DNA from: Bugula neritina
Taxonomy: Eukaryota; Animalia; Bryozoa
Length of the DNA: 64,000 nt
Assembly: GCA_964035545.1 (NCBI GenBank)
Contig: OZ037766.1
Location: 1,922,001-1,986,000, forward strand
Direction: 5' to 3'
The notes beneath the pieces are model-generated. The model was not told where the DNA came from, did not search any database, and saw nothing but the letters and a program-made list of their open reading frames with translations. Both the position numbers and the translations under genes were made by a program. This document shows positions 61,816 through 64,000 of the stretch, one piece after another; the first letter of the stretch is position 1, and every line of letters starts with the position of its first letter.

Positions 61816-64000
61816 ACGTGTTCAGACTGTTTATTGGGAATAAATTCGCATATCTTTCAGGGATTCCTCCTTTCCACTCAAGAAACTGCACTCTGGTTGA
61901 AGTGGACCAGTGCTTGGTTTGAAGGTTATTAGCTTATTGAACTCTAAAATCAGTTGGTAATAAAATATTTGTATAAATATGCTAGATGTAGGTCGAATTG
62001 CCTTTTCTTTCGTAAATAATTTGCAATATCTTATGACATTGAGAGTCCTTCAAGGTTGATTATAGAAAATGCTTCATTTAAACGAATATAAAAAGGGGGC
62101 TAATAAATAAGCAATACTGCTCTTGTGCCTCATCTAAATAAGTCCTTAGCCCCTTCTAACAAAAACCCTTTCCATCAGAGGTTTCTCACAGAGATAGCGA
62201 CAATAAACTTGTGTGAGTGAGTTTTTAATAAATAAGCATATACCTAGGAGTGGACATAGGTTGGTAGAGGGGGGTATAGAATAGTAGCTGGTAAGGGGTG
62301 GATATTTATATTAGTAGCTGGTAAGGAGGGGGTATAGAATAGCAGCTGGTAAGGAGGGGATTTTGGATTTGTGTCAAAGCTTTTGCCACAAGTTTTACTA
62401 TTAATTGTAAGCAACACCAATTTGCACAGCACTTGCACCCCTTAAAGCAGCAAGTAAAGAACCTGATGAAAAACATAGAAGAAGTTATCTCCCCTATGGT
62501 AGGTAAGCTCATCTCTAAAGTTAGCGTCTGACTTAGTAGTTAGGACTCAAATGTTATTCCTTAATGATGGAAAATACGTATAAATCTTGATATTGGTTGT
62601 GGCTGTATAGAAATATGATTTATATAATGTTGAAATTTTAAGACTAGTGGTAAAAGATTAATTGGGATTTGGAACTTCAGTTGGTATTGGGATCAACCCA
62701 GAAAACAAGCCCTACTCCTGAATTTCAGTCCATATCAGTTATTTATGTCACTAAACTTGATTTTGCGTCCAGCATTTCATGAAAGCTGGAAATTTAGTTT
62801 TCCTGCATCCAATTTCAGAGAGCACACAACTCTACACTGCCTCCAGTTTAGTACAAAATAGCATCATTTGGAATGGGGGAATGCTCGTTGCATAGCAACC
62901 GACTGACGAATCAGATTGCTTTGCCACTTTATACTTATCGCAAACGTTTGATGATTCTTCTAAGACCTAAGTAAACAGTAGATTATTATGTCTAAGTTAT
63001 ATGGGACAAGAATTGGAAGGGAAGAGGGGGCTAAGGGGCACAGATTTTTAATATTTCACAGTAAGATTCAAAGCTATTTAAATTAATGCAGTATTGCATA
63101 ATATTATAATACAATATATACGAGTATAATGTAACCCATTGTAAAATATAAAACATATACAGCACCATTTAATAAGTATATAACACTAAATATTGCCTTA
63201 ATATGTTCTGTCACATGATGTTTAATTCAGCTTGCACAAAATCCATTAAGAATTATCTTTGTGGTTCAGAAGTGAATTTCTTTGAAAACCATTTATATTT
63301 TTAATCACTTAGAATTAGTTGCAGCTATCTTATCTACTGCTACACTTACTTATAGGTTAAGTAGCTAATATTTCCAACATGTATCGTATTAATTATCATT
63401 GCAAATCAAACAAGTAAATGTGTATAATCAGTTTTCTAAGAAAACTGCTACAAGCCATTAATTTATTCTGGAATTTATAAAATATACAGACTCAAGCCTA
63501 GCAAATATTTCTACACTTGTGTTAAGGATGGGGGTGGCTATCACCCACCCAACCAATGTTATAATATAATGGCTTCCAACCAACTTGCTATATCTATTCA
63601 TTGTATTCTCTACCTCTAAGTTATATATTACTGCAAGTGTATACCAGCACTGAGCAAGATTTCACTACCAGTTTCCACCCCTATCTGCATTGCATCACCT
63701 TAGCAGTATTTATGCCAAATTAAGCCTGCAGCTGACACCTGTCTCCCACACATCTGACACCACCTGACTCATATTTGCTGACGGCTACATGCCTGTTAGA
63801 GTCTAATGTTACACAAGGAATTTATTGATATAAATAAGCTGATTCATTTGTAAAAAATGCGCTGTCAAAAATGTAGAACAAATTTAACGCATCTTGTCAC
63901 TTGATGTCCGTATTTAGAACTAGTCCTGGAAGCCGTTGCAAAGTTGACATGTGATTGCTGAGATCGATGACAAACTGGCTAATAGAATGCATTCCTGACA

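Overview
AT-rich, intron-containing animal DNA, probably an invertebrate (a lophotrochozoan is plausible, but the species cannot be fixed from sequence alone). It is not prokaryotic. Eight protein-coding genes could be rebuilt by hand with frame-consistent splice sites: CASTOR-like (-), TPD52-like (+), a small uncharacterised membrane protein (-), a ZAD-like/C2HC/C2H2 zinc-finger protein (+), PEX39/C6orf226-like (-), lysyl oxidase-like with 2 SRCR domains (+), an ankyrin-repeat protein (+) and a SOCS protein (-). The window also holds a 5'-truncated LINE with an intact RT ORF, a 3-copy MITE, a probable tRNA-derived SINE and many intronic minisatellites. Four observations stand out. (1) 'Hexamer islands' of 6-bp-periodic A(C/G)TNNN words flank the three gene-start regions at about 10.2, 18.3 and 30.6 kb (the first two head-to-head) but not the other genes. 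(2) A spliced 64-codon upstream ORF overlaps the PEX39 ORF and ends in a UUU-UAG shifty-stop in +1 register with it. (3) The CASTOR homolog has Gly at the position of human D304, the key arginine-binding residue. (4) A dense STAT/BCL6-type site cluster lies upstream of the SOCS gene. Family assignments rest on remembered motifs, not database searches.
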